In this document: positions 52,232 to 64,000 of the stretch, piece after piece
How the letters are laid out: every line of letters starts with the position of its first letter
Numbering within the stretch: position 1 is the stretch's first letter
Source: Paraspadella gotoi
Lineage: Eukaryota; Animalia; Chaetognatha
DNA: 64,000 nucleotides
Direction: 5' to 3'
NCBI GenBank assembly: GCA_051294375.1
Contig: CM119267.1
Coordinates: 20,089,476 to 20,153,475 of the forward strand
Notes under the pieces: model-generated
Database searches by the model: none
What the model saw: only the letters and a program-made list of their open reading frames with translations
Told to the model about the DNA's origin: nothing
Made by a program: the position numbers and the translations under genes

Positions 52232-53664
52232 TAGTGTTCCGATAACACGTTTAACTGTTAACGGTTATTAACGGTTAAAAATAATTTTAACTTAACGGCG
52301 TTAATATATTGCATGTGTTTTAAGCACGTTAAATAAATTCGGTTAATTTTCAAATGTGTTTTTTTTTCATATTTTGGGTATGAATCTTTAAATTAAAAAA
52401 AAACCTAATTTTTTTTTTTTTTCTTGTTCTCTCTTATTCTCCTCTCCGCCTTCTTCTCTCTGTCACTTCTCCCCCTTCTGCCAAGCTGATTGGTCGATTC
52501 CGTTCGTCGCTTGAACCAATCAGGAATTCGGCGATTTCATTCTTCGCTTGATCCGATTGAATTTTGGTGGCTGTGATACTTCTGCGATGCTTCTTCTCCA
52601 ATTTTTCCCATGCTTTTTTCCCTTTGTTATTTTGCTTTCTCCTTTTTTTCTATCTCATCTCCCTCTTATTCTTTCTCCGCCTTTTTTACTCCTCCTGTTT
52701 CTTTCTTTTTTTTCTCAGCTTTTCCCCTTTTTCTTTCCCACCTTTCTTTTTTCTCGCTTTTTTCGCCCTTTTGCTTTTGCCTTTTTCCTTTTTTTTGCCC
52801 TTTCATGAATAAATGTATTCAATTTTAGCTTAAAATAATAATCCCTCTTATTTTAACTTTTTCTCTCTTTTTCTTTCCGCTCTTTAAAATTAACAATGAA
52901 GGCAAATGAAATTAATACGAATGAATGAAAAAAATGAATAAAAAACGCAAATAAAAAAATTATTATAAAAGATTTAAAAATTAATAATAGAAGGAAAACT
53001 GAATCTTAAAAAGACATAAAAAAGATAATGATGATAATAGAGCTTTTTAATCTAAACTAGCAAAAATATTTATTTAATTAATCAATAAATATTTTGATCA
53101 ATGCGATAAAACTCAACGAGTCTATATTATATTAAATTTATATTTTATATTATGAGTCGAAACTGACCATTGGTCATAGTTTAATGAAAGACTAACAACA
53201 GAAAAAAGCGTTTAAGAACTAACAACTACTAAAAATAATGGGGAAATAGAAGAAATAGAGAAGAAAAAGAGTAAAGCAAAAGAAGTACGAAAGAAGAGCA
53301 AAGCAAAATATAGAAATTAGAATTTGATGGTATCGTCATTCTTATTGTTTCGTTGTGTTATGAGATTAGGCAAAAAATTGATTTGGTTTGTGTTATAAAA
53401 CAATTTTATTTGAATAAAGATAGACATGTATTCGAGCTCTTGTTTCAAGTCTTTATCACAACGCGCATTCAAGGAGCCAGAGTTAAGGAGAGAAATACGC
53501 TTGATTAAAACTTTATTTGTTTTAAAATCTTAATATTTTAAATTTAAAGTTAATCTATGAAATATTAACGATCTTAACGGTTAATTCCGGTTAAAATTGT
53601 TAGTTTTAACGGTTTAGCAAGCGAAATTTCCTAAATAAATTAAACGGTTGATCGTGAACTACTA
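52232..53664. mobile_element. Possible hAT-like MITE with TTAACGG-rich subterminal repeats
   Basis: TAGTGTTCCGATAAC at the left, GTTGATCGTGAACTACTA at the right, and (T)TAACGGTTA repeats at both ends. The sequence is noisy. Confidence 0.4.
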
Positions 53665-54246
53665 TGGTTTCAGACAATTTTTTGCTGAATTTAATATTTC
53701 TACAGTAAATATTTCTATATTTCACTTACTCGTATATTCGCTTCTCGAATACTATTTGGAAACTACGAGGATAACCGCCTGTCCAGAGAGACCGCAACGA
53801 GGCTTTTAGTGTCCTAGGGATAACCCAGGAGACTGAAACACGGGCAACCACGGCGTTGGTCTCAGATAACTTAGTCTTTGCCCGTTTTTATAATCAAGAG
53901 TGACGGCAAACTAAAAAAAAAAAAAAAATTAAAAACGGTGACCTCGTCTTAGATAGCGAGAACACTTTTTGGCCGCGACTTCAGATTTCGGCCAGAATGA
54001 CCAATTAGGGAATGTGCGATGATCTTTTCGATGATTCTTCCGGTATTTTATTAGGGCGTCCGAGACGGTCGTCGTGTATTGACGATACAACGTCGTTGAT
54101 CGTTTGCGTTTTTGGTTACGCTTTTCGGTCGTTATTGATGGTCGTGCGTCATCGATAGCTCCGCTTTCGGCCGCCGCCGACGATTCCATCCCCGTATCGA
54201 CCTAACTACATCTTTATTTTAAACCATTTTTCTCCTGGACGCAGAG

Positions 54247-55720
54247 GCGAACACGAAGCAGCCTTCCGCGCCACCAAGCGGTCCCGTGGAATACAAGACC
54301 ACGCCTCCCGACCTGAACGATCAGACGCGGATCGAGGCGGTCAAGGCCAAAGCCTCATGGGCCATCATCATCGCCATCTTGGAACAATACACCTGCTGCG
54401 GATGCATCTGCAACTGGTGAGGATGAAAAAGTGGAGGCGCGAAAGGAGTTGTCGTTGTTGTTGTTGTGGATGTGGTAGCGTTGTTTTCAGCGGTGATTTT
54501 GGAAGAGTGAGGCCGAGGGGATTGTATTGAACTGAACTTTGAGTCAAACTCGATTCCCTTTTGTTTGGCTCAAAATATATTCGTGACTCTTTCCTCAGGT
54601 GCGCCCTCTGCTGCGCTTGGGGCGTCCTCGACGAGTGTCAATGGGATTTGGAGAGAGCGGACAAGAAAGCCAAGATGGTCTCCGCCTTCGTCGTCATCGG
54701 AACAATGATCACGTGAGTTGGCAACGACGCACATTACCACCCTCGTCATCCTTTCACTTGTATTAAATAAATATCTAAAAAAACAAAACAAAAAAAGTGG
54801 GTTTTGGCGCGGTTACCCTAGGACGGTCTCGCTTTTCCAACGCAGAGGAAAGTCGTTAGGACTGTGGATGGAACACAACGCCTGAGTCAATGTGATTGGC
54901 TGAACTGGACTGAATGTGAATGTGTGAATGTGTGAATGTGTGAANNNNNNNNNNNNNNNNNNNNNNNNNNNNNNNNNNNNNNNNNNNNNNNNNNNNNNNN
55001 NNNNNNNNNNNNNNNNNNNNNNNNNNNNNNNNNNNNNNNNNNNNNNNNNNNNNNNNNNNNNNNNNNNNNNNNNNNNNNNNNNNNNNNNNNNNNNNNNNNN
55101 NNNNNNNNNNNNNNNNNNNNNNNNNNNNNNNNNNNNNNNNNNNNNNNNNNNNNNNNNNNNNNNNNNNNNNNNNNNNNNNTTAAATGAATGGATAATTTTT
55201 ATATTGGTTGTATCAATTTTTTCCCGACGTGTATAACGCAAACAATCTGATATCTTTTCTCCTTTGTTTTGTTNNNNNNNNNNGAACACTACGCCTGAGC
55301 CAATGGGATTGGCTGAAAGATGATGGACCTGAATGTGTGAATGTGAGATTGTGTGAATGTGTGAATAGATCGCCACAGAGTCTTGATTTAAAACTTGCAG
55401 GGACCTGTCCAAAGTCAGGGGCAGGATATCTTATTTATTAAATGAATGGATAATTTTTATATTGGTTGTATATATCGTATATATTGTATGTATATATATA
55501 TATATATATATTATATATACATATATTGTATATAACGCAAACAATCTGATCTCTTTTCTCGTTTGTTTTGTTTTGTTTTTTGTTGGTTAATATTTTTTAA
55601 TATGTTAAGGCGACTCTCCAACATTTTTTCCAGCTTCATCACCATCTTTTTTTGCTTCCTTCTTGGGATGGCACCTTGCGAGTGGAGCTTCGTGTGATCG
55701 CGTGGCCGAATAGATTAACT
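54247..55720 (+). CDS. CD225/dispanin-family (IFITM/PRRT/SYNDIG-like) membrane protein; start not resolved
   Basis: Combining both noisy copies gives KASWAIIIAILEQYTCCGCICNW/CALCCAWASSTSVNGDLERADKKAKMVSAFVVIGTMIT, matching the CD225 pattern (CC in the first hydrophobic segment, GD.E.A...+..A). Confidence 0.6.
54806..55367 (-). mobile_element. Family 2 LTR fragments with (ATTCACAC)n expansion, truncated inside the twister motif, spanning a gap
   Basis: Minus strand TATTCACAC...CAGCCAATCCCATTGGCTCAG...GTTCCATCCACAG...GCGAGACCGTCCTAGGGTAACCGCGCC. Confidence 0.6.
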
Positions 55721-56120
55721 CACCAAAGTTCGTCGTCGTTGTCGTCGTCGTCGTCGTCGTGAAAAATGAGGGAAAAGGGATGAACTGAAATGAGGAACGA
55801 GGAATAAAGGGAGAAAACTTGAAAAATCTTGTCCTTTAAAAAACCTCGAATAATTAAGAGAATGTAGAATAAAGATGAAAGATCGAAGCTCGCTCCACAG
55901 GAGTAAGCCTGGCTGTTGTACGCCTAAATATTTCTAAAATATCTCACGGTTTTGTACCAATCGCCCATTGTAACTATTACTATTTGGTGCAGATAAGTTT
56001 AGTGAAATTTAGTCAACTTCTAATTGCGCCGTTTTAAGGTAACAGAAGGACCTTTGGAGTATATTTTCCATGTTTCACGATGATTCACTTTTTTATTCTA
56101 TTCTCACGTGATTCCCCCCC

Positions 56121-56151
<31 letters not shown>

Positions 56152-56261
56152 CATCCTAAGAAATTTGTAAATGTTATCGGCCTCTCTCTTTCATTTTCAC
56201 GACGAACATTTGTTTTTTGGCTCTCTTCGTTTTTATCATAGTCTTTTTTCAGTCTCAAAAG

Positions 56262-59200
56262 ATGGCTTCGAAGTTTTGGATCCATTTTTTAACAACTCTG
56301 TTTACTGGTTAGTTATTTTAATTTGTATTTAAACTTAAATTACTAAATAATGATATTTAAATTCGAACTTAACATCCCTTTATCTTTCTTTCTTTCTTTT
56401 TGTTTTCTTTCTTTCTCTCTCTCTCTCCCTCTCTCTCTCGCTCCCCCATCCCATCTCCATCCCTTCCTCCCCCTTTAAACCCCTCTTACCACCCCTAAAA
56501 GTGACTCAGTCCGCCCCTCAATTCGAGATATCGAATCCCGGGTTTAAGATTCCGGATTTGGCGAAGTTGACGGACGTCGTCGGCGAACTCTGCGACTCGT
56601 GCCGACTCCTTCCGCCTCTTGAGTCTTCGGGATGCAACGTCTCGTCGACGCCGGCGTTGGAAGATTTCAGCCGGAACCAGATCGAGGGTGAGATGTGAAT
56701 TATGGTTAACTATGATAATTCTCCTTAGTTTGTACTAAAACTTATTATTTTTTCCTTGCTCCTTCAAAGATTTTTCTAAATAATTCTATTTAATTTTTAA
56801 TTTCAACATGGGCCTGAAAACTATTTAGCAACTGGTCCAACTAGTTTACAAGAGATCTCATTCATTATTACAATATGGCAGTTCACTACAAAGCTACTTT
56901 TTATAACAGTGCCTGATATGTATTCTTTTTCATCGTACTTGTTCAAAAAAAAAACATGTTAATGCATACATAATATTTGCACGGTCTTTTGTTTTGTCGA
57001 ACATTTGGCCCCAATACAACGATTCCGTAGAGGTCGGGTGCCAATTCCAAAGGCGAAAACGGTTAAAAGCGGGGACAGACCGTGAGAGAGCAGAATTCAA
57101 AGCTCGCCTTTCTTCCCGGATCTGTCTTGAGGTGGTTTCTTCAATAAGTTAATTATTCCCGGGAGAATATTGTCTCCTCTTCTACTCCTCCCTGTGTGAC
57201 AGGATTCCTCGGACCACTTGTTTTGACACATTGACAAATGACAATTGACCATTGATCCATATGACGAATTGACCCATCTTGATTTAGAACATTGAGTTAG
57301 GAAGAAAAAAAAACAATTCATTAATTTTTTTTTTAATTCTTTTATTCCTTTCATTCCATCTTTCGTTTCCTTTTCTACATTCAATTTAATTCATTCTTTC
57401 ATTCATTTTAGGCAGTCAAGTCAGTTTTTTGAAGCTCAAATCACGTCGATGTTACCCTCGCGACATCTTTAAAACGGTCTCCAAAACCCACCCACCCACC
57501 CACCTTGTTATCCACCCCCGATCACCGCCCTGGAAAACTGGGTATGATGGCCTACTACGGTCGACCGACGGTCTTCTCTCAAAAACTCTTTTTACGCTGT
57601 CACCTGGAATTTTCTCAGTTTTTGCGGACGTCGGAGAATTCACGTCACTGTGAAGACGAGTAAGAGAAAGAAGAAATAAAGAGAGAGAGAGAGGAGATAG
57701 AGAGAGAGAGAAGAAGGAAGTTGAAGAGACACCGACCACAGAGATAGAGGGGAAAGGAAGAGAAAGTTTTTATTGTGAAGGGAGAGGAATAAGCGAGAGT
57801 AAATAATATAAATAAATAATAAATAAAATAAATAAATAAATATAAATAAATAATAAATATAAATAAAATAAATAAATATAATAAAATAATATAATAAATA
57901 AATAAATAATAACATAATTAAATTATAATATAAAATAAATAAATAAAAATAATAAAATAAAGAAATAAAGAAAGAAAGAAAGTAAGAGAAGAGAAGAAAG
58001 AAAGGAAAACAAAACAAAACTAAAACTCATTCATCATAAATTAGAGCAGTTTGAGTTTAGTTTTGACAACGATTTTATTTAATTCAATTCAATTTAATTT
58101 ATATCACAATCATAAAACTTTAAAATACAGTTCAGATTCCATTAAACTTTCTCCCCCTCCCCCCGTTATCATACTTTTCATCCACCTTCCCTCACCCATC
58201 CGCCCCTTTTCCAAAGCCACCCCCATCTTCCCGACCGCCCTCCGCGTCTTCCAATGCTCCACCTTCGGATTCCTCGGCGACCTCGTCTGGCGATCCGATT
58301 GTCCGAACCTCAACTTCGATCTGGAGATTCTCTCCTTAGGCGTGTTCGGACCGAGCCTCTCGCCGCTCGTCAAGCCGGTCGTCAAGAGCCTCGTGCCTCA
58401 GTTGAATATGGACCAAGTCCAGGTCATTTGTTTCCCTTTGATTCGATGAATGACATATCGAAATTGGTTGAATTAAGTTAGTGTTATTTGATCGAGGGAG
58501 ATTTTTTTTATTTATTTGTTATCATTTTTGGTTCCGATTCCATATGCGATTTATTTTTTCTTTATTTTTAGATTTATTTTTGCATTTATTTAATTTTTTT
58601 TTTATTTGTTTTGTTGTTTCTTTTTTTAATATTTTTTTAATTTATTAATTTCGTAAATTTTTATTTTTTAATTTTTTTAATAACTTTAATTTATTTATCC
58701 GTTTATCTATAAATTTGCTTGTTTCGTTCATTCATAAATTGCCTAATTAAAATTCTTGTTTTTTTGTTTTTTTGTTTTGTTTTTTTTTGAATGACTATTC
58801 GATCAATTGATTTTTTATACTTTATTAATTTTTTTATCGATTTATCGAATCAGATTCGAGTCATCGCCGCCAACGATGACGACGACGACGACGACGACGA
58901 CGACTTTCTCGTTCTCTACGGATGCGAACTTCCGTTGGAGGACGGGACCTGCGCGAAGGGAGGCATCAACGCTCTCGCACTCACCAGATCCGCCCGGGTA
59001 AGGAATTATCGAGGTGTGAGAGATTTAGGGAGAATCGTAAGCAGGGTATGCATCGTCTTAACCACTTCGCTTACCACTTCGGTAGTTCATTCATCCACTC
59101 CCTCACTGGACCCGTATGTTCGTACGTTATTCGCTTTATTCACCGAGTTTCTAGTTCATTCATCCGCTCATTCCCTTGCTCGTTAGTTCGTTCATTGTCA

Positions 59201-59494
59201 CATTGCCCGGAGTACGGATTTTTTCGCCTTTCTATCGATTCACTAACTGGTCTGTTCGTTCATCGAATAATTCACGAGTCTGTTTCGTTCGTTCGTTCAT
59301 TCGCTCATCCCCTTTCTACTCATTCACTTATTCAGTTTTGTTCGTTCACTCGCCAGGTCTCTCCCTCCACGGAGGCGAAGATTCGCTCGATCGTCGAGAC
59401 CAAGACTTGCGTGGACTTCGAGACGTCGATGAAGCGAATGCGACAGGGAAGAAACTTGGAGTTTTATAAGCCGGAAGAGGAAGAACTGTGGGCG

Positions 59495-59497
<3 letters not shown>
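56262..59497 (+). CDS. Secreted lipocalin, retinol-binding-protein/purpurin-like, multi-exon
   Basis: Signal MASKFWIHFLTTLFT/VTQSA, then CNVSSTPALEDFSRNQIEG..W (compare RBP [21 protein letters not shown]) and FLVLYGCELPLEDGTCA...LTRSAR (compare AVQYSCRLLNLDGTCA...FSRDP). Confidence 0.7.
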
Positions 59498-59528
<31 letters not shown>

Positions 59529-60584
59529 GAGGAGAGAGAGAGAGGAGAGAGAGACGAGAGAGAGAGAGAGAAAATGAGAAAATTGTTCTCTTGCCAAAAT
59601 ATAGGCAATTTGATGTGTATTTCTGAGGTGAAAACTAGATATGTCACCGCGAGTATTTCTTTTTTATTCGACCAAAAATAAAATATCAGCGCCGTTATTT
59701 TTTTTTTTTTTTTTGTTCTTATAACGTTGCCAGAAATAGAAACAAACAGAAAAAATATATATTTTTTTTTTGGTCAAAAGATTGAAACATTAAAAAAACG
59801 TTAGATTAAAAAAAATAGAAAAAAAGAAAGAAAAAATAAGAACGGTAATAACAATGTGTTGCACCGCAATGACTTTATTTTTACTTTACCTTTGATCACA
59901 TCATATGACATGACATGAAATGACTAAAAAACTTTTTTTGCCCATGTATTTATGACCTGCACTGCATCAAAATTCCGTCTTTTATTCTTTATAGTTTTAG
60001 GGATTCCTGAAGGCAGCGCTAGCAGTCCCTTAGAGTTGAGGTTTTTTCAAAAAAAAATTAAATGAATTAATAAAACAGGGGATCGTATCAGCGTCCGCTC
60101 GCGCCAACGTGCTAAAAAAACGGGTCTGTTCTCGTACTCGCGCGCGCCTGTTTACATAATTTGGAGTGATGTTTGGGCAAAAAAAAAAGTCTCTGGTCGA
60201 ATTCGTTGGTGGTTTTCATCGAGAGAAGAAAAGATAAGAATCTCTTTTCTCTTTTCTCTGTTGTTTTAAGTCGATATCTTCGTCTTAAACCCATCTTCGC
60301 TTTGACTCTATCCCCTTTTGTCTCTCTCTCCTGCACCTCCATCACCCACTCAGCTTTCTTCAGACTTTGGAAGTTCAAATAATCTTCCTCGTTCCTTTCT
60401 TTCGATCTTTGTCGTTTACTTATTTTCCTTTTTTTTTTCACTTTAGTATCTGGATTGATCCGCCCCCTTTGCACTTAGGCTTTATACTTTTCTCTTTATT
60501 TAAATATTAAATATCTTAATAACAAAAGAAATCAATTATTTTTTTAAGTTTAAAAATTAATTAAATAAAAATTAATTAAATAAG

Positions 60585-60685
60585 GTTAGGGATAAAGTTA
60601 AGGATTAGAGTTAGGGATAAGGTTAATGGTTAAGATTAGGGATTAGGGTTAAGGTTTGAAATTAGGTTGTGGTTTGGGATTAAGG
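60585..60685 (+). repeat. Degenerate (TTAGGG)n-like tract; similar (CCCTAA)n-like tracts at ~33230-33360 and ~40620-40655
   Basis: ggttagggataaagttaaggattagagttagggataaggttaatggttaagattagggattagggttaagg. Confidence 0.5.
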
Positions 60686-61338
60686 TGAAAGATTAAATTA
60701 TATGTTTGGTAATAGATTAAAATCAAATATTAAAATAAAATCAACTTTAAGGATTAATGACAGAAATGGGGCGCGTTTGAAAAAGAGAGCCTTTTTTCTT
60801 CTTCATTTTTCCTGAAAATCTATGATATCTCCAGCTTATTCAATTCTTGGAGATTTTTATCATAACCTTCTTTCACTTTTTTTCTATTCAAAATCTTCCA
60901 CTTTAGCGATTTTCTTTTTTCTTTTTTCATTGATATACTTAATACTTTTCCAATTTGCAATGTCCGCAATGAACCTTAATTGTTTGAATTTTATTTTTAG
61001 TGCCATTAGTGCAATTAGTCTTGCTCAATACTCATTTATTGTTTAAATGTCATATTGTTTCAAATCGTTTAATCTTCTTATTGTCTTAATTGTCAAATTG
61101 TCTCTTTTATTTCAGAAAAAAAAAATAATTCTTTTTTCTTAAGTCTCTCCCCACTTTTCCTTTTTCTTTTAAAAGCCTCTCCTGCTCATTGTTCGCATTT
61201 TCCTCTCATTTTCTCCCCCTCCGTTCGCATATGCAACCCTTCGTTTGCATATTGATCCCCTGACGGCATCTCATCTCGTCAGTCACGACTTGTTTCAGGC
61301 TTTCAGCCCATTTTAAGCTTTTGCACAATGCCGAGGTT

Positions 61339-61370
<32 letters not shown>

Positions 61371-61891
61371 TAACCTCGTTACTGCCTTTTTTGTCGGGTG
61401 AAATTGAGATATTATTTCGCAACAAAATAACGCAACTTGGCAGATTAAAATTAAGAAATAGCCTTTTTAGATATATAGTCACAAACTTTATATTACAAAA
61501 TATCGAACGTTTTGATGTTTGTATAAATATCACGTTGAGAAAATTGATATTTACAGCAAGAAAAGAGCCTAGACAAAAGTGACATGAATGTGGCGCCGAT
61601 TCTGAGAAAATTTTCTCAGACAGACGACATTCCTTAATATCGCGATGGTTGAGTTTAATAGATTTAAATCGTTATTATTATCGTCGTCGTCGTCGTCGTC
61701 GACGATCAAATTGAAAAGAGCCAGAATCCCGGGTGCGGAGGCGCTATGGGGTCTCTCATTAATTACTTCGTTCTGCGTGAAGTCTTGCGTTTCAGAAAGA
61801 GAGAGATAGAGAGGGAGAGAGAGAGAGAGAGAAAAAGAGTGAGATAGAGAGCGCGATACTAAAAAAAAAAATTAAATTAAAATTAAACTTT

Positions 61892-61923
<32 letters not shown>

Positions 61924-62908
61924 NNNNNNNNNNNNNNNNNNNNNNNNNAAGCAAGGAAAGAGTGATATATTTAATTTCGATGATCGTAGTGAGTGGTTAG
62001 TTTAAATGCACTAAGTTCGATTTACTTTTTTTATTTTTTACAATAATTTCCCATTAGTATAATTGAACTGATAGATTGAAGTTGAAATTTTTGTGTGTCG
62101 GTAAGACCACACACCAAACCCACAACGTGATGACGTAAGCTTGAATAATAGAGTTTAGTGGGAAACGGTACCAGTGGACAATGATTTAAATGAAAAAATA
62201 TATGAGTCACATTTAACTTGGAATCTTTTTTCTATTTATATTTTAACCCTATGACATAGGGATTGAGAATTGAAATTTTTGGTGAGCCGGTAGAAAGTGA
62301 GTGAAGAAGTAGAACTATAAAGTTTTTGACGGAATGTCAAGTTGAAAAAATTATGCAAGTTGAAAATAATGATGCAAAGTTAAAAAAATCGTTAAAAGCA
62401 TAAGGTCGTCACTTATTGCATAAAAAGAGAGGAGCAGAGAGGAGAGAAAGAGAGAGTGAGAGAGAAGAGAAGAGAGTGAGAGAGAAAGAGAAGAGTGAGA
62501 GGAGAGAGAGAGAGAAGAGACATAAAATAAAAAAAGTCTTAAAAGACTCAAGATCGAGTCCAGAGCCCACTATCATAGCAAAATTAATGAAAAAATCCGG
62601 AAAAGAAACAGAAGAATCATGCGATAACGAATTTGTTGATGGTACTAGTAATTGATTGAGGCTAATACTAATTGACTGATGTATAGAATTTATTGATGTA
62701 ATAGAATTGATTATTGATTCGAGTGATAACAATTACTTGATGCGATGATAGTCCATTCACTGCTGTGAATGAATAGTCATGATCCAGTGGATGCGCATGA
62801 TTGATCATTATATGATGCGATGAGTTGTCAATCATTGATGCGATGAATATCAACTAAAAAACAAACAAATGCGTGTATGATGAAGGAGAGAGAGAGAGAG
62901 AGAGAGAC

Positions 62909-62950
<42 letters not shown>

Positions 62951-62978
62951 AAGAGAGAGAGAGAAAGAAAAAGAGAGC

Positions 62979-63019
<41 letters not shown>

Positions 63020-64000
63020 AAGACAATAAAATCCACGAAAAATCTCGGATGAAAATAAGGGATTTGTTATTGAATAAAAGCCGAATAACTGGCAATGAAC
63101 TAAAAAGTTTTTAGAAGGAAAAAATAATCAAGAATTTTTCCCCAAAAACAAACGATCCAACGCAAAAGCGATACGACAGCATAAGGGACAGACCAACCCA
63201 CAGAGAGAAAAAAACAGAGAGACAGAGAGAGAGGAGAAAAAGAGAAGAGAGAGAGACAGCCGCTGCAGAGAAGAAGAGAAAGCGAAAGAGGATATTAATA
63301 ATAATTAAAAAGAGAGAAGAGAGAAGAAGCTCTACAGGCCCCTTTAAACCTCGTTATAACTAAATCAGCACGTACTTATGGCGCACGAGTACGTGAGGCT
63401 TATATACTAAGGACGCGGGTTCGTGGCCTGTTCGCGATATTTATTTACAATTCTCCGTGTTACTTACTTATTTATATGTAAAAAAAGAGAGAGAAGAAGA
63501 GAGAGAGACAACGCTGCAGGACCGGAACTTCTATATATAAGGAGAAGAGCGACTATATAAAACACGTTTTTGTTTTGTAAATAAACATAAAACATAAGAT
63601 TATGATAGAGAATTATTAAGATCTTAATCCACTATATGAAGAATCAACAACCTAAATGAATCACACCTTTCAGAAGCCATGATTGCTAAAACCGAAAAGC
63701 TAAACCGAAAACGGACCGGGCTTTGCCGCCTGCGCTCGATAATAGAGGGATATGTTGTATTGTCTTTGTATAAAAAATAACAAAACATTTAATTAACTTC
63801 CTGACTCCAATACATCGAGAAATTAATCTATTAATATAATTATATATTATATAATTATTAATTAATTAATCTATTAATTAAAATTAATTAATCAATTAAT
63901 TAATTATTTCGTAGGATCCGACATAAGATATATGTTAAGATTATGACACAAGAAATTTAAAAAACAGAAAATGAAAATAAACTGTAGAGAGAAAAATTGA

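Noticed and set aside
53770-53855. Possible hammerhead (GTC...GAAAC)
   Set aside because: No CUGANGA core.
54806-55470. Ribozymes on both strands of one element (viroid-like ambisense arrangement)
   Set aside because: The family 2 LTR ends at 55367. The adjacent CCTG-TCCA-AAGT-CAGG belongs to a separate family 3-type repeat in the opposite orientation and lacks a convincing GA/T1' partner.

Overview
AT-rich, intron-rich eukaryotic (most likely early-branching animal) genomic DNA with GC/CpG-rich exons, many (GA)n and (TCG)n microsatellites, N gaps and stretches of indel-noisy, probably long-read-patched sequence. Genes read by hand: a DUF4476/PROSER1-like gene, an M13 (neprilysin/ECE) metallopeptidase with an intronic tRNA-Ile(AAT), two paralogous small membrane proteins, a secreted ShKT-like protein, an ST6GalNAc-type sialyltransferase, a CD225/dispanin-like gene and an RBP-like lipocalin. 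There are two large duplications (direct 1-3630 vs 11139-14160; inverted ~48620-51845 vs ~54195-57250) that may be haplotype or assembly artefacts. The main observation is a set of at least three sequence-unrelated families of tiny non-autonomous LTR retroelements (TRIMs; LTRs ~230-285 bp, TA...CA ends, PBS, PPT, 4-bp TSDs). Their LTRs each carry a tRNA-like Pol III head (A/B boxes) followed by a circularly permuted (type P5) twister ribozyme motif whose pseudoknot pairings covary between families. These are candidate animal 'twister LTR retrozymes'. A Penelope-type minimal hammerhead and several Helentron/HINE-like elements and MITEs are also present. All calls were made by eye and no database search or folding program was run.
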